A stretch of 64,000 bases of DNA from a virus (taxonomy: Duplodnaviria; Heunggongvirae; Uroviricota; Caudoviricetes): IMG/VR virus record IMGVR_UViG_3300021979_000001, positions 2,948-66,947 of that record; one strand, written 5' to 3'. Below the pieces are notes generated by a model. That model did no database searches. It was not told the origin of the DNA and saw nothing but the letters and a program-made list of their open reading frames with translations. Below, piece by piece: positions 27,049 through 36,470 of this stretch. Position numbers and translations under genes: made by a program. Each line of letters opens with the position of its first letter. Position 1 is the stretch's first letter.

Positions 27049-27771
27049 ATGAATACTTTATCGATAAATGAACTAAGAAATGATTTAAAAGAATCAACAA
27101 ATAATATGTCCTGGACCGTAAGTAATATTATCACCGATGATGGTCTTTTACTACCACCAACGTCCGATTCTAAAGAAATATCGAAGTTATTAGAGCGACA
27201 AGCGGAAATACATTTGAGCAAGATTGCGGATAAGTATGGGTATGTTTTTGAAACAAGTAGTAGACAAAATACATACCCGGACGGAACATTAACAAAATAT
27301 GATGCTGGCAGAATACTCCATAGAATAGCAATAGATGCAAAAAGCACGTTTGAAAAACCATCCATGAATTTGACACTTGGTAGCTACACATCATTTTTAT
27401 TGAACGACAATAAAAGCATTACATATCCATATTCGACATATGATGACCATTGGGTTATGATTTTTACATATCGTCGAACAGAGGATGGTTCTTATGATTC
27501 AGTCAGATGGTATTTAACTGAAAAAGCCCGCATCACCGGGTTGGTGGCGGGTAGCGGCAACACAAAAAATATAGGGAGTGTTCGTTTCAGAAAAGTAGAT
27601 GATTTAACATCAATTAATGGGCCATTTGCCCGTTTCAAAAACATGAAAGGGGCTTCTGATCACTATTGGCGCAACTATGATCGTTTGCGCAAAGAAATCA
27701 AAAGCCCTGGCGATTTGATAATGCACCCGGAATTTGTTCAATTCACAAATCTGGAACGTAGTAATTGTTGA
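27049..27771 (+). CDS. EcoRV-family type II restriction endonuclease (PD-(D/E)XK)
   Basis: Matches EcoRV as I recall it along its length: KIADKYGY, QNTYPDGTL, IAIDAKST, LTLGSYTSF, ITYPYSTYDDHWVMIFTYRR, AGSGNTKNIGSV, HYWRNYDR. Confidence 0.75.
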   Translation: MNTLSINELRNDLKESTNNMSWTVSNIITDDGLLLPPTSDSKEISKLLERQAEIHLSKIADKYGYVFETSSRQNTYPDGTLTKYDAGRILHRIAIDAKSTFEKPSMNLTLGSYTSFLLNDNKSITYPYSTYDDHWVMIFTYRRTEDGSYDSVRWYLTEKARITGLVAGSGNTKNIGSVRFRKVDDLTSINGPFARFKNMKGASDHYWRNYDRLRKEIKSPGDLIMHPEFVQFTNLERSNC

Positions 27772-28828
27772 TTTTGTGTTGTAAAGCTGGAATTTTTGAT
27801 GATATTCCTTCGGTGGAAAGAATAATCAATCGATCTGCGGTCACGTAACTTTCGCACTTTGCATTGGTAAATGTCCCTAATTCGTTCCCATATCCGATTA
27901 GGATACCGCAATTAAGATTTAAAATATTGTTTGCGGTTTGTTTCCAGTCAATAACCGTGCGGTTAATGGCAACAGAGATCACACTATCTCCTTTGGCCGT
28001 GAATAAATCTTCTATGATTTCTTCGGTTCCAGGCGCGACCATCGCCCGAACCGCCATTGCTGGATAACTGCGCATGGGACGAATAACCGATGTTGCACCG
28101 GCAGCAATGATACGTTTTCGATTATGATCTGATACGCATTCAGCGATGATGGGAACGGATGGGTTTTGTTCACGAACGTGGTATACCGTGGAGAACGTGA
28201 TTGAGTCATCATCATTGCTGCCACTAGGTGCGATAACAAAGATCGCACGGCATTTGGTCAAACCGACTTGTTCGGACATGCCAGGACTGTTGATGTTTCC
28301 ATGATTGAAAATTGTTCGATTGTCAAAATCGCACAGGTTGGTCGTCCATTGGTCAGTGAGGATATTAATTGCGATTTTATTATATTCTGGAATATCACGA
28401 ATTTCCCGGATGAATTCCTGAAAATATTTTACCGCATTTGGTCCATTCGGTGACCCGATAACTAAAATGTGATCGTTCAATTTCCAGTTCCATTTCCCGG
28501 TTTTTATTGCATTTGATCGAAATTCGCGCATATCTTGATAAATGTCAATCATTCTAGCAAAAATTGCCAATGCTGGAATAAACAATACCATAACGCTTAT
28601 TATTCGACCGATAGGGGTTGATGCGGACAAATCCCCATATCCAATTGTAGTGATACTGGTTGAAGCCAACCATAACGCATCACCGATGGTCATATTTTCA
28701 TATATGACCATCGTTGGAACAAATATCCCGATACATAGTAATAAAATTGCACCTAATTCAAAGAACTCGCGTTTTGTCGTCTTGTTTCGAATTAGTTGAC
28801 GATTGCGCCAAAAAAACAAAAAGTGCAT
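27743..28828 (-). CDS. 2TM potassium channel with C-terminal RCK/TrkA-N-like domain
   Basis: Selectivity filter TSITTIGYGD lies between two TM helices. It is followed by ILVIGSPNGPNAVKYFQEF, which looks Rossmann-like. Confidence 0.8.
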   Translation of the reverse strand: MHFLFFWRNRQLIRNKTTKREFFELGAILLLCIGIFVPTMVIYENMTIGDALWLASTSITTIGYGDLSASTPIGRIISVMVLFIPALAIFARMIDIYQDMREFRSNAIKTGKWNWKLNDHILVIGSPNGPNAVKYFQEFIREIRDIPEYNKIAINILTDQWTTNLCDFDNRTIFNHGNINSPGMSEQVGLTKCRAIFVIAPSGSNDDDSITFSTVYHVREQNPSVPIIAECVSDHNRKRIIAAGATSVIRPMRSYPAMAVRAMVAPGTEEIIEDLFTAKGDSVISVAINRTVIDWKQTANNILNLNCGILIGYGNELGTFTNAKCESYVTADRLIILSTEGISSKIPALQHKINNYYVPDL

Positions 28829-28855
28829 ATCATTCTCAATCGGGGTAAATGATGA

Positions 28856-29215
28856 TCACGCGGTTTTGGTAGCTTTGTCCTTTGCGGACTGCTCTTTCCG
28901 ATGACGGTTCATGATCAAATGATCTGCCAACATACGGGCCTGGGTCCGTTCTTCCATCATGGTGCGAGCAAGCGATGATACCCGCTTCAAATCTCGCTGT
29001 GACAGAACTACATGTGCAATCATGTCATTCCGGGCACATGTCGCAATACAGTTTTTAAGCCACCGACTTTTTTCTGAAATTTGACGATATTTTAACCGCC
29101 AAATAACAATAAAATCATGGTATGATTTTTTATCGGTAATGATCGTTTTGATGTTAAAATCAACAACATTGATTTCGGGTTCGTTTACTTTAATCTGTTG
29201 CTGCATTTTCGTCAC
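28856..29215 (-). CDS. hypothetical protein
   Basis: 119-aa ORF with a basic C-terminus. Confidence 0.5.
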   Translation of the reverse strand: MTKMQQQIKVNEPEINVVDFNIKTIITDKKSYHDFIVIWRLKYRQISEKSRWLKNCIATCARNDMIAHVVLSQRDLKRVSSLARTMMEERTQARMLADHLIMNRHRKEQSAKDKATKTA

Positions 29216-29684
29216 CTTCTTGGCTAAGTTTGATGATTTCTTTTAGACGCCGTTCAACTTCGGAGTGTATCATCACGTTGATTTTATGCGGAAGTTTCGT
29301 TTCTACTGTTTTTGTTACGACATCCATTAATTGTTGCTCAAAGTCACACAACAACGCTGCAACTTTAAATTGCACCGACGCAATTAAATCATGGTCTGTG
29401 ATGAATGTTTCACATGCGGTTTCGATTGTGCGTTGCAATCGAGTCATAAATTGTGAATTTGCAGGTATGGATACACTGCTATGGTCTGCCAATATATCAC
29501 CAAAATGAGATTCAAATATATTTTTGGCAATACTTTCCACGCGGGGCTTTAATTGACTATCCGTCAATATTGACATGTGCTGCGACACCGCAGTCTTAAT
29601 TACTTTTTCGGTGATTGCAATCTCACAATCTGGGTTTTGTTCCAGAATTTGTTGCAATTGATCCGATCCTAAATAAATTTTCAT
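29190..29684 (-). CDS. hypothetical protein
   Basis: ORF 29190..29699; the first ATG is at 29684. Confidence 0.5.
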   Translation of the reverse strand: MKIYLGSDQLQQILEQNPDCEIAITEKVIKTAVSQHMSILTDSQLKPRVESIAKNIFESHFGDILADHSSVSIPANSQFMTRLQRTIETACETFITDHDLIASVQFKVAALLCDFEQQLMDVVTKTVETKLPHKINVMIHSEVERRLKEIIKLSQEGDENAATD

Positions 29685-29717
29685 AACAACAATCACCAAC
29701 TATATTACATAAGATAT

Positions 29718-29778
29718 AAAAACAATAGCACGATATTTTATCATACACAAGCATGAATATTATCGTGCTATTGTTTTT
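29718..29778. terminator. 18-bp perfect inverted repeat, possibly a bidirectional terminator or operator
   Basis: AAAAACAATAGCACGATA, 25 nt, TATCGTGCTATTGTTTTT, located between two minus-strand genes. Confidence 0.5.
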
Positions 29779-29784
29779 ATTTAA

Positions 29785-30141
29785 TTATTTCACGATTTGG
29801 TAATCGATGGTATTAGCCTCGGCAAGACTAATCCAAAAACGTTGTTTGATGATATGTTCCAATGGGGATGACATAACTCGGAATGTCACGGAATCATATT
29901 TTGGTAGATTATTCCGAATATAGATTCGATCAATCGTCAACGCGGTTTCTTGTGGTATAACCACATTCATGAAGGACGGGGTTTTCCTGTTTTCATAATA
30001 ATCATCCAGGATGTCCTCATATTTTGTTCCTGCAATTTTCGCGGAAAATTTCGCATTTCGGCTATCGACAAAATTAATTGAGCATGATAGCGGTTTAAGT
30101 AATAGTAACGTTGTGCGCAAAGGTGGGATGAATAGTTTCAT
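29785..30141 (-). CDS. hypothetical protein
   Basis: ORF 29785..30177; the internal ATG giving MKLFIPPL is preferred. Confidence 0.45.
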   Translation of the reverse strand: MKLFIPPLRTTLLLLKPLSCSINFVDSRNAKFSAKIAGTKYEDILDDYYENRKTPSFMNVVIPQETALTIDRIYIRNNLPKYDSVTFRVMSSPLEHIIKQRFWISLAEANTIDYQIVK

Positions 30142-30571
30142 ATGCCATCTCCATTGGTTTAAACAAGGATACACCAATCATCAACGATAATAGTGTAATA
30201 ATCGCCAAAATAAGGAATACAACAAAAATCAGACTGGAATTATCCCCGTGTGTTGCAAAATTTTCTTTCATAAACCCAAGGGAATACATAATAACTTCAT
30301 ATAAGAAGAACAGGCATAGCGCCCCAATAGCATATCGAACTGCCTGCAAAATCATCGGAGATAATGCGAGATTAACAATCAATATCCACTGAATTGCGGA
30401 ACCTAGTTGTGAGTCAATCATGTTCTCTATTGGAATATTCTGTTCTTTTGCTACATCAGTTAAAATTTGATTTATCTGATTAGACAATGTATCCGCATGT
30501 GCGATATTTGTTATTGCAAAAACACAAGCGGCAATTAGCAGAACCGACCCTATCGTATTTTTGAATGTCAT
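30095..30571 (-). CDS. Secreted or membrane protein with multiple TM segments
   Basis: Signal-like MTFKNTIGSVLLIAACVFAITNIAHA plus about 3 hydrophobic helices. Confidence 0.55.
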   Translation of the reverse strand: MTFKNTIGSVLLIAACVFAITNIAHADTLSNQINQILTDVAKEQNIPIENMIDSQLGSAIQWILIVNLALSPMILQAVRYAIGALCLFFLYEVIMYSLGFMKENFATHGDNSSLIFVVFLILAIITLLSLMIGVSLFKPMEMAYETIHPTFAHNVTIT

Positions 30572-30576
30572 TTCAC

Positions 30577-31209
30577 TTACGCCCAATACATAGCTGAAAT
30601 AGGGCGCAATTCATTTACACCTTCATCAGTCATCAATCCAATCTTTGTCATCCACCAACGAATGGCACCTGGAACGGCGGGTAACGTATTTGCTAAAAAG
30701 TCAGGGTCATTATAATCAAATATGACCGGTTTGTAATTTTTATCCGTTCGTGAAAGATTATAATAGGAAAACCCATGATCATGAACCCGACAAAACGAGT
30801 TGAAGTTATCATATTGTTTTGTGGTATTATCATATACCAGCATAGTATAATCTAGATCATTCGCATATCTAGTCCATTCTTTTTTTTCATTAGGATCGCT
30901 ATAAAATAAAATGTAGTCATCCCCAAAGACGTTCGATTCATCGCAAATGTAGTGAAATAAATCATCTCCGCTTTGTATTGTTCCTTTAAAGAAAATATGT
31001 TGATTATGTTGTTTCCTTATTTTTAAATGTTCTTCTTTGGTTATTTTGAACTCATGTTTGTAATATTTTATTTTGTTACAGACTTCGGAATGTAAATCAT
31101 AATAGTCGCTGTCTGATGCTACACAATCAGGAAAATTCAAATCCGCCAATCCCTTGAACTTAGTTACAGGCATTCCCCATCCTTGCACCACATGTAATCT
31201 ACTGCCCAT
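30577..31209 (-). CDS. hypothetical protein
   Basis: 210-aa ORF. Confidence 0.5.
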   Translation of the reverse strand: MGSRLHVVQGWGMPVTKFKGLADLNFPDCVASDSDYYDLHSEVCNKIKYYKHEFKITKEEHLKIRKQHNQHIFFKGTIQSGDDLFHYICDESNVFGDDYILFYSDPNEKKEWTRYANDLDYTMLVYDNTTKQYDNFNSFCRVHDHGFSYYNLSRTDKNYKPVIFDYNDPDFLANTLPAVPGAIRWWMTKIGLMTDEGVNELRPISAMYWA

Positions 31210-31235
31210 GATACTACTCCGTTATATATTGCTAT

Positions 31236-31273
31236 AAAAACACCCACCACATACATTATAATATGGTGGATGT
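31236..31273 (-). terminator. Rho-independent terminator after the SPFH gene
   Basis: On the minus strand: ACATCCACCAT..ATGTGGTGGGTGT followed by TTTTTAT. Confidence 0.5.
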
Positions 31274-31289
31274 TTAATTCCAATGATTT

Positions 31290-32687
31290 TTATTCGCCGG
31301 TGAATGGTTTCGACGAGTGACGGGTTGTCAGCTTATCGAGTGCCCCAAGGCTGGTTACAATGTCCAACGACGTTGGTGCCGCAACGGATGAACCACCACC
31401 ATAATAAATATCCGGCATCGACACTGTAATGTCTTTTAGATTTGGATAAATAATTTGGGCGGTATCGCGTGCCAATTCTGCCATATAAATATCTTTGGCA
31501 TCTTGTAACGCCTTGTATTTGGCACGGGCAACGTCGGCTTCGGCCAGGCCAGTTTCACGAATAGATTCTGCCTTGAATTTTGCGGCCTGGGCCGTCGCAT
31601 TTTGAATATCTTTATCCGCAACTGCCATTTCAAGTTCCTTCTGTTTTTTCAGAAGGGCAATTTGCTTTTCCTTGTTTTGTCGAACTTTTTCCAGTTCCGC
31701 AGTTTGCCGTTCCACTTCCACCTGCTGAACAGCCCGGATAATAGCCAATTCTTTTTCTTTTTGTGCTTTTTGCACATCCCGCGCCTTCTCAATTTCCATA
31801 TTGAGAGCGATGGTTTTTGCTTCGGTGCGAGCGGTATCTTGTTCCTGCAACGAAGTGATACGTTTTGCGACCAACAGCTTTTTATCCCGCAGCAACGTTG
31901 TCAACTGGGGATCGGGTTCGGGACGACCGATAGTAACCTGCCGAACTGAAATCCCATACAGTTCAAGCGGGTTTGAAATCCGCAATTCGGCCCCGGCAGC
32001 ATTTGTGGTGATCACGTTTTTCCAAACTAGTTGGTTTCGGCTTTCCAACTTGTTTGCATCGGAATTCTCCGAATTAACGGCAGCAAAGTCGGTTTGCTGG
32101 ACTTCAACTTGTTTCCGTGTGGTTTGATACAAACCATAGGTTAACTGATTTTCAAGTTTTACCTTGAAATCGTTTAGGCCCCCTTGGAAAAATTCTTCCC
32201 CGGTATATTGCGTCCCTGTGACCACCGTGACGTTCTTGGCATTTTTAACCATCAAAGAATCAATGAGGTTGTCTTTGCCACGAAACTCCGAATGCATCAG
32301 AAGAATTTTCTGAACATCAGATGACAATTTAAACCGGAAGGTGGCCGGAATATCTGCAATATAAGTATCAGCAAATTGCACTGATACTGGGTCAAGCTGC
32401 CGCGTTGACGACGCTTCTTCACTGGCATCTTGATTGCCGAATGATATGACCACTGCTTGTGGATATTCGTAGATGGTAGTAAAGAATGGGATTTTAGCAT
32501 GAACCCCAGGCTCGGTATATACGATCAACCGGCCCAAAAGGGTATCTTGCAGGACATAAGTGATGCCTGCTGCGGTGGTGAAAAATGATGAAAACCCGAT
32601 GATTAAGGCAAAAATGGCAAAAATGCCGCCAATAATCCACCGTTTGATAGATTGTAAAATCATGTCATGTTCTTCTGTTTGGTCCAT
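31290..32687 (-). CDS. SPFH/band-7 (prohibitin/flotillin-like) membrane protein
   Basis: N-terminal TM segment, PGVHAKIPFFTTIYEYP, and a long charged coiled-coil region. Confidence 0.6.
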   Translation of the reverse strand: MDQTEEHDMILQSIKRWIIGGIFAIFALIIGFSSFFTTAAGITYVLQDTLLGRLIVYTEPGVHAKIPFFTTIYEYPQAVVISFGNQDASEEASSTRQLDPVSVQFADTYIADIPATFRFKLSSDVQKILLMHSEFRGKDNLIDSLMVKNAKNVTVVTGTQYTGEEFFQGGLNDFKVKLENQLTYGLYQTTRKQVEVQQTDFAAVNSENSDANKLESRNQLVWKNVITTNAAGAELRISNPLELYGISVRQVTIGRPEPDPQLTTLLRDKKLLVAKRITSLQEQDTARTEAKTIALNMEIEKARDVQKAQKEKELAIIRAVQQVEVERQTAELEKVRQNKEKQIALLKKQKELEMAVADKDIQNATAQAAKFKAESIRETGLAEADVARAKYKALQDAKDIYMAELARDTAQIIYPNLKDITVSMPDIYYGGGSSVAAPTSLDIVTSLGALDKLTTRHSSKPFTGE

Positions 32688-32765
32688 CGCTCGATCTTCC
32701 TTATTTAATTATAAAAATCATGTCTGCTTGCGTATATCAAGTAACATACTAACTGTAAACAAAAA

Positions 32766-33560
32766 TTATCGTTCGTCATTAATAATTTTTGTCGCTTGAT
32801 TTTTCAAGGTGGTTCCGTCTTCGGCCAAGTTACCAAGTTTCTCGGTAGAACACGGATTGGTCAGGATATTCAGCAAACTGCCAGCACCGGCCCAGTTAAC
32901 CAGATCACTAACTGCACCATTGATGTAGTTTGAAATTTTATTGGTTATATCATTTATTTTATTGGAAATTTCAGATAGCGCATCCCCAATTGATTGTCCG
33001 AGTTCTGAAATAACTTCGGAAAATTTATTTGCAACGGTTGCCAGCATAGCTACGATTGCGGCCAGACCTTGCGCAACTGCATTTGCAACCTGTTCCAAAA
33101 TATTTTCAATAAATTCGCCGATATGCGCCAGGGTTGATGTGATTTTACTGGCAATATCATTTAAATCATCTAAAAACTCATTAAATGCCGAACATGGATC
33201 AAAACCACTTGTCGTTGCCGATTTCACCGAAGCATGGCTATTCATAATCGATAAATTCTTTGGTAATTCTGAAAAAACATTTACTTGTTGCATTTCCGCC
33301 GCATTAATAGATGATTGTATATTGGACACATCTAATTCAACCCCTTCGGCAATTGCAATATCTTCTGGTGTTGCTAATGGATCATTTTTAACCGCACTGA
33401 TCGCATCAGTAAGGCCACCACCTGTGGTGGGCAGCAATCTGTTAAAACTATATGTTAACGATTTCATTTGGTTTACGGGTGAAAATGCGGTTCCTGATTG
33501 AATATCAGAAAATACCCCAGCAATATCGGTTGTTGTTGGAACAAAATCGACAATACTCAT
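32766..33560 (-). CDS. hypothetical protein
   Basis: 264-aa ORF, predicted helical and rich in A, I and N. Confidence 0.5.
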   Translation of the reverse strand: MSIVDFVPTTTDIAGVFSDIQSGTAFSPVNQMKSLTYSFNRLLPTTGGGLTDAISAVKNDPLATPEDIAIAEGVELDVSNIQSSINAAEMQQVNVFSELPKNLSIMNSHASVKSATTSGFDPCSAFNEFLDDLNDIASKITSTLAHIGEFIENILEQVANAVAQGLAAIVAMLATVANKFSEVISELGQSIGDALSEISNKINDITNKISNYINGAVSDLVNWAGAGSLLNILTNPCSTEKLGNLAEDGTTLKNQATKIINDER

Positions 33561-33570
33561 AAAAAATCCT

Positions 33571-33840
33571 TTAACTACGATTTACGTTTGGTGATCCCGT
33601 TAAAATTACCGCACCACATGCACAAACTGCCGCCACGTGGGCTGTTTCTTGTCCTTCGACACTTACATTGGGATGCACCGCAATAATTTGATTAATGCCG
33701 TGATAGGGAATCGGACATGAGACCAGATCACCGACACGGGCAGTTGAAATACCATTTGTGGTATGTTTGACCGCGCCGGTGATAATGGTTGCGCCATGGT
33801 CGCTGGTATCCCCTATGCGTGATACCGAAAACCCTGCCAT
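33571..33840 (-). CDS. PAAR-domain protein (spike tip)
   Basis: MAGFSVSRIGDTSDHGATIITGAVKHTTNGISTARVGDLVSCPIPYHG. Uses the internal ATG of track ORF 33571..33972. Confidence 0.6.
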   Translation of the reverse strand: MAGFSVSRIGDTSDHGATIITGAVKHTTNGISTARVGDLVSCPIPYHGINQIIAVHPNVSVEGQETAHVAAVCACGAVILTGSPNVNRS

Positions 33841-33844
33841 TTTT

Positions 33845-34150
33845 TTATGCCAGGCGCAGACTTGATGTCTGCTCCGAATAAAAATGGGACATATTGGTAT
33901 TTGCCTGCACTGGCATAATTGCAATACCTGTTTTGTTAATTTCAATAGATGATGATGGGTCACATCCCACAAGAACAGGCTCTAACTGAATGCTTTGCTG
34001 GTTATCGATGATGACGCGAACGAGCGAAAACGGTTTCTGCAATGTAATGGAATCAGTCGAGGTTTTTAATAACCGCCCAATGATTTCTTCACCAGAAGTC
34101 AGTTTTGCGATTACTGTTGAATTTATTTCGGGTTTCTTTTCGATAAGCAT
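33845..34150 (-). CDS. hypothetical protein
   Basis: 101-aa ORF ending 4 nt before the PAAR start. Confidence 0.5.
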   Translation of the reverse strand: MLIEKKPEINSTVIAKLTSGEEIIGRLLKTSTDSITLQKPFSLVRVIIDNQQSIQLEPVLVGCDPSSSIEINKTGIAIMPVQANTNMSHFYSEQTSSLRLA

Positions 34151-34213
34151 GGGTTGTCCTTAAAATTTGATTGAACCCCGACTATATCCCATCAATAGAG
34201 AAAGAACCAAAAT

Positions 34214-34438
34214 TTATTTTGGTTGTTGATAATAAAATCGCAACACACGCCCGTTGAGAACCAAAACTTTCTTTTTTATCAGAACCTTCACATCGCGGTT
34301 TTGATTGCCACCATAGTTGTTTACATTACAAAACCCCAAGCCAACCAGACGCATAATCGCCCCACGTCGATACTTGCCAACACTGGTATGAACTATCTTA
34401 AATAAGTTATGGGGTTCATCAGGGTATGATTTGCACAT
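34214..34438 (-). CDS. hypothetical small protein
   Basis: 74-aa ORF only. Confidence 0.3.
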   Translation of the reverse strand: MCKSYPDEPHNLFKIVHTSVGKYRRGAIMRLVGLGFCNVNNYGGNQNRDVKVLIKKKVLVLNGRVLRFYYQQPK

Positions 34439-34440
34439 CG

Positions 34441-34878
34441 CTATAACACCAACCGCGCCATAACGGATTCAGGCTTGCTTTCAAACCAAATACGATAATA
34501 CGTCCGGTTCGTTTTGTGTTGCGCGACTTCTTTACATAAAAATTTATACTGACATAGATTGTGCAATTTAGTGTTTAATTCATTCATCGTATATGTATCG
34601 TGGTTTTCATTAATCGTTACCGAATGACACAACCAACGTGGTTTTATGTAGTTTTTATTGATCACCGCAAAGATCATAGAACATAACAAATATCCGGTGA
34701 AATAACCTACCGTCATTACAAACCAGATTATATCAATATAATCTAAAAACCATACGATTCCAGTCATTCCTGCAAAAAGACCAATACTGATTACACTCAA
34801 TTCAGGAATAATCCGCTGGATTTTAATTACATCTATAATCAAAACATAACTCCTTATTGCGCCATTGATAAAAATCAA
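34441..34878 (-). CDS. 2-TM membrane protein, paralog family member 5
   Basis: Two N-terminal TM helices, PRWLCH, and C-terminal YRIWFESKPESVMARL. Confidence 0.5.
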   Translation of the reverse strand: MIFINGAIRSYVLIIDVIKIQRIIPELSVISIGLFAGMTGIVWFLDYIDIIWFVMTVGYFTGYLLCSMIFAVINKNYIKPRWLCHSVTINENHDTYTMNELNTKLHNLCQYKFLCKEVAQHKTNRTYYRIWFESKPESVMARLVL

Positions 34879-35371
34879 TGGGTTGTGGTAATTGATGATC
34901 GCATATTAGCGAACATAGTAAAGCATCCTCGTATTTCATAAAAATCACATTAATGTGTTTATAATACAGCATAATTATCTCACGGGTATTACTGTCTATT
35001 TCGCATATGTGTTCCCAGCGTGCCATAACTCGATATTTAGATGAATATTCTAGTTGACAAATTCTAGAAATCAATTGATGTGTTTCATTATAATTAACGT
35101 TGCCAATATTAATCAAATATGCAGTGCGTGGTAACCAATGTTTATGGTATTTTGTATTATGAACTTTGCGTAAAATCAATATTTGCACATAGAATAATGA
35201 ACACAAGGAAATGAATAATATTAATGCCCCGGTTGATATATCCGGGCTTTCTGGTAAAATTGAAATTGACAAATATACACATGCAACCACGCCATATATT
35301 ATATACATGGCGGCGAAAAATAACCCACTACGATTTGGGAAATATATTTCTTGAAACTGTTGTATCGTCAT
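34823..35371 (-). CDS. 2-TM membrane protein, paralog family member 4
   Basis: QQFQEIYFP, two TM helices, KHWLPRTAY, and FMKYEDALLCSL. Confidence 0.55.
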   Translation of the reverse strand: MTIQQFQEIYFPNRSGLFFAAMYIIYGVVACVYLSISILPESPDISTGALILFISLCSLFYVQILILRKVHNTKYHKHWLPRTAYLINIGNVNYNETHQLISRICQLEYSSKYRVMARWEHICEIDSNTREIIMLYYKHINVIFMKYEDALLCSLICDHQLPQPIDFYQWRNKELCFDYRCN

Positions 35372-35373
35372 TA

Positions 35374-35946
35374 TTATGCAGTCATATCCAGTATAGTTAA
35401 ATGCCGTTGGTTATGTTTAATTTTACGTATATCCCCATTCCACGTCAATGCGCATAATGTCGCGTCATTAATCGACGCAAAAAGAACGATGCTTTTACCA
35501 TCTAATGTCGTCAACACCGAATGCATAAAATGACTTCGATAGCAATAATTCATCGTTGAATTGGCAGCAAGCCAATCTTGACCTTCGGGTGTCAATATTG
35601 GCAATTCCGATATTACCGCATATATGTTCCAGGGCATCCATTGTCGGTATGATAACTGGGTATCCTCCATGGCACTACGGATGGTGATAAACGTAAATGC
35701 GAACACCACGAACCAAACAATACCAGCAAAAATGTTGCTTAATAATATCACTATGTCAATTGTTGCCATACTGATTGCAAACGTGGCGAAATACACGTTG
35801 GGAATCAAAATCTGTAGCCATATAATCAGGGTAGATTTCATGTTTATGTTTTCCACAAATGGTATTTTGCTGGGTTTTAGGGTTTTGGGTGGGGGGATCA
35901 AAAACTGGTTATATTGTTCGATGCCGGATGTATTTTGCGTTCCCAT
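35374..35946 (-). CDS. 2-TM membrane protein, paralog family member 3
   Basis: EQYNQFLIP, two TM helices, RQWMPWNIY, and LFASINDATLCALTWNG. Confidence 0.55.
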   Translation of the reverse strand: MGTQNTSGIEQYNQFLIPPPKTLKPSKIPFVENINMKSTLIIWLQILIPNVYFATFAISMATIDIVILLSNIFAGIVWFVVFAFTFITIRSAMEDTQLSYRQWMPWNIYAVISELPILTPEGQDWLAANSTMNYCYRSHFMHSVLTTLDGKSIVLFASINDATLCALTWNGDIRKIKHNQRHLTILDMTA

Positions 35947-36443
35947 TCAAACTCGAAACCAATTATAACGATGTTTTTGCGTTTTTTATATGTTGCTATT
36001 TGGCCGAATCTTAACGCAAATATGGTAGCATCATTATGGTTTGCAAACTGAACATGAAAATCTTCCCCATTAGCCATCCCTAATTTATAGTTATCAAGGC
36101 ATTCGGCATCACACCATTCATTAATTTCTTTTCTTAATAGATGATTTGGCAAATTAAACACTGCCTCGTAAACGTAATGAGGCAACCAGTTCTTTAACTT
36201 GGTTGATTTGTGTTCAACATTGATCAAAACCCAGATATATGAAAAAATAACGATCAATAGTGAAATGATATTAATCACCAATGAAATCAAGATTGATTTA
36301 TCATTGATGTTGTTATTGTTTTTAAACAACAGATTGCATATTAGTAGACAGTCACCTACCATCAAAAAATAATACAAATATGAAAATTTATTGAATGGAA
36401 AAAATGCCTGGAACCATTGTTTCGTTGTCATGATATTTTTCAC
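35898..36443 (-). CDS. 2-TM membrane protein, paralog family member 2
   Basis: KQWFQAFFP, two TM helices, KNWLPHYVY, and QFANHNDATIFALRFG. Confidence 0.55.
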   Translation of the reverse strand: MKNIMTTKQWFQAFFPFNKFSYLYYFLMVGDCLLICNLLFKNNNNINDKSILISLVINIISLLIVIFSYIWVLINVEHKSTKLKNWLPHYVYEAVFNLPNHLLRKEINEWCDAECLDNYKLGMANGEDFHVQFANHNDATIFALRFGQIATYKKRKNIVIIGFEFEWERKIHPASNNITSF

Positions 36444-36470
36444 TCCGATGAAATTATTACGGGGGTTATA

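Noticed and set aside
33841-33972. The N-terminal 44-aa extension of the PAAR ORF (track 33571..33972)
   Set aside because: The extension overlaps the 3' end of the upstream ORF 33845..34150. The PAAR domain begins at the internal Met (MAGFSVSRIGD).
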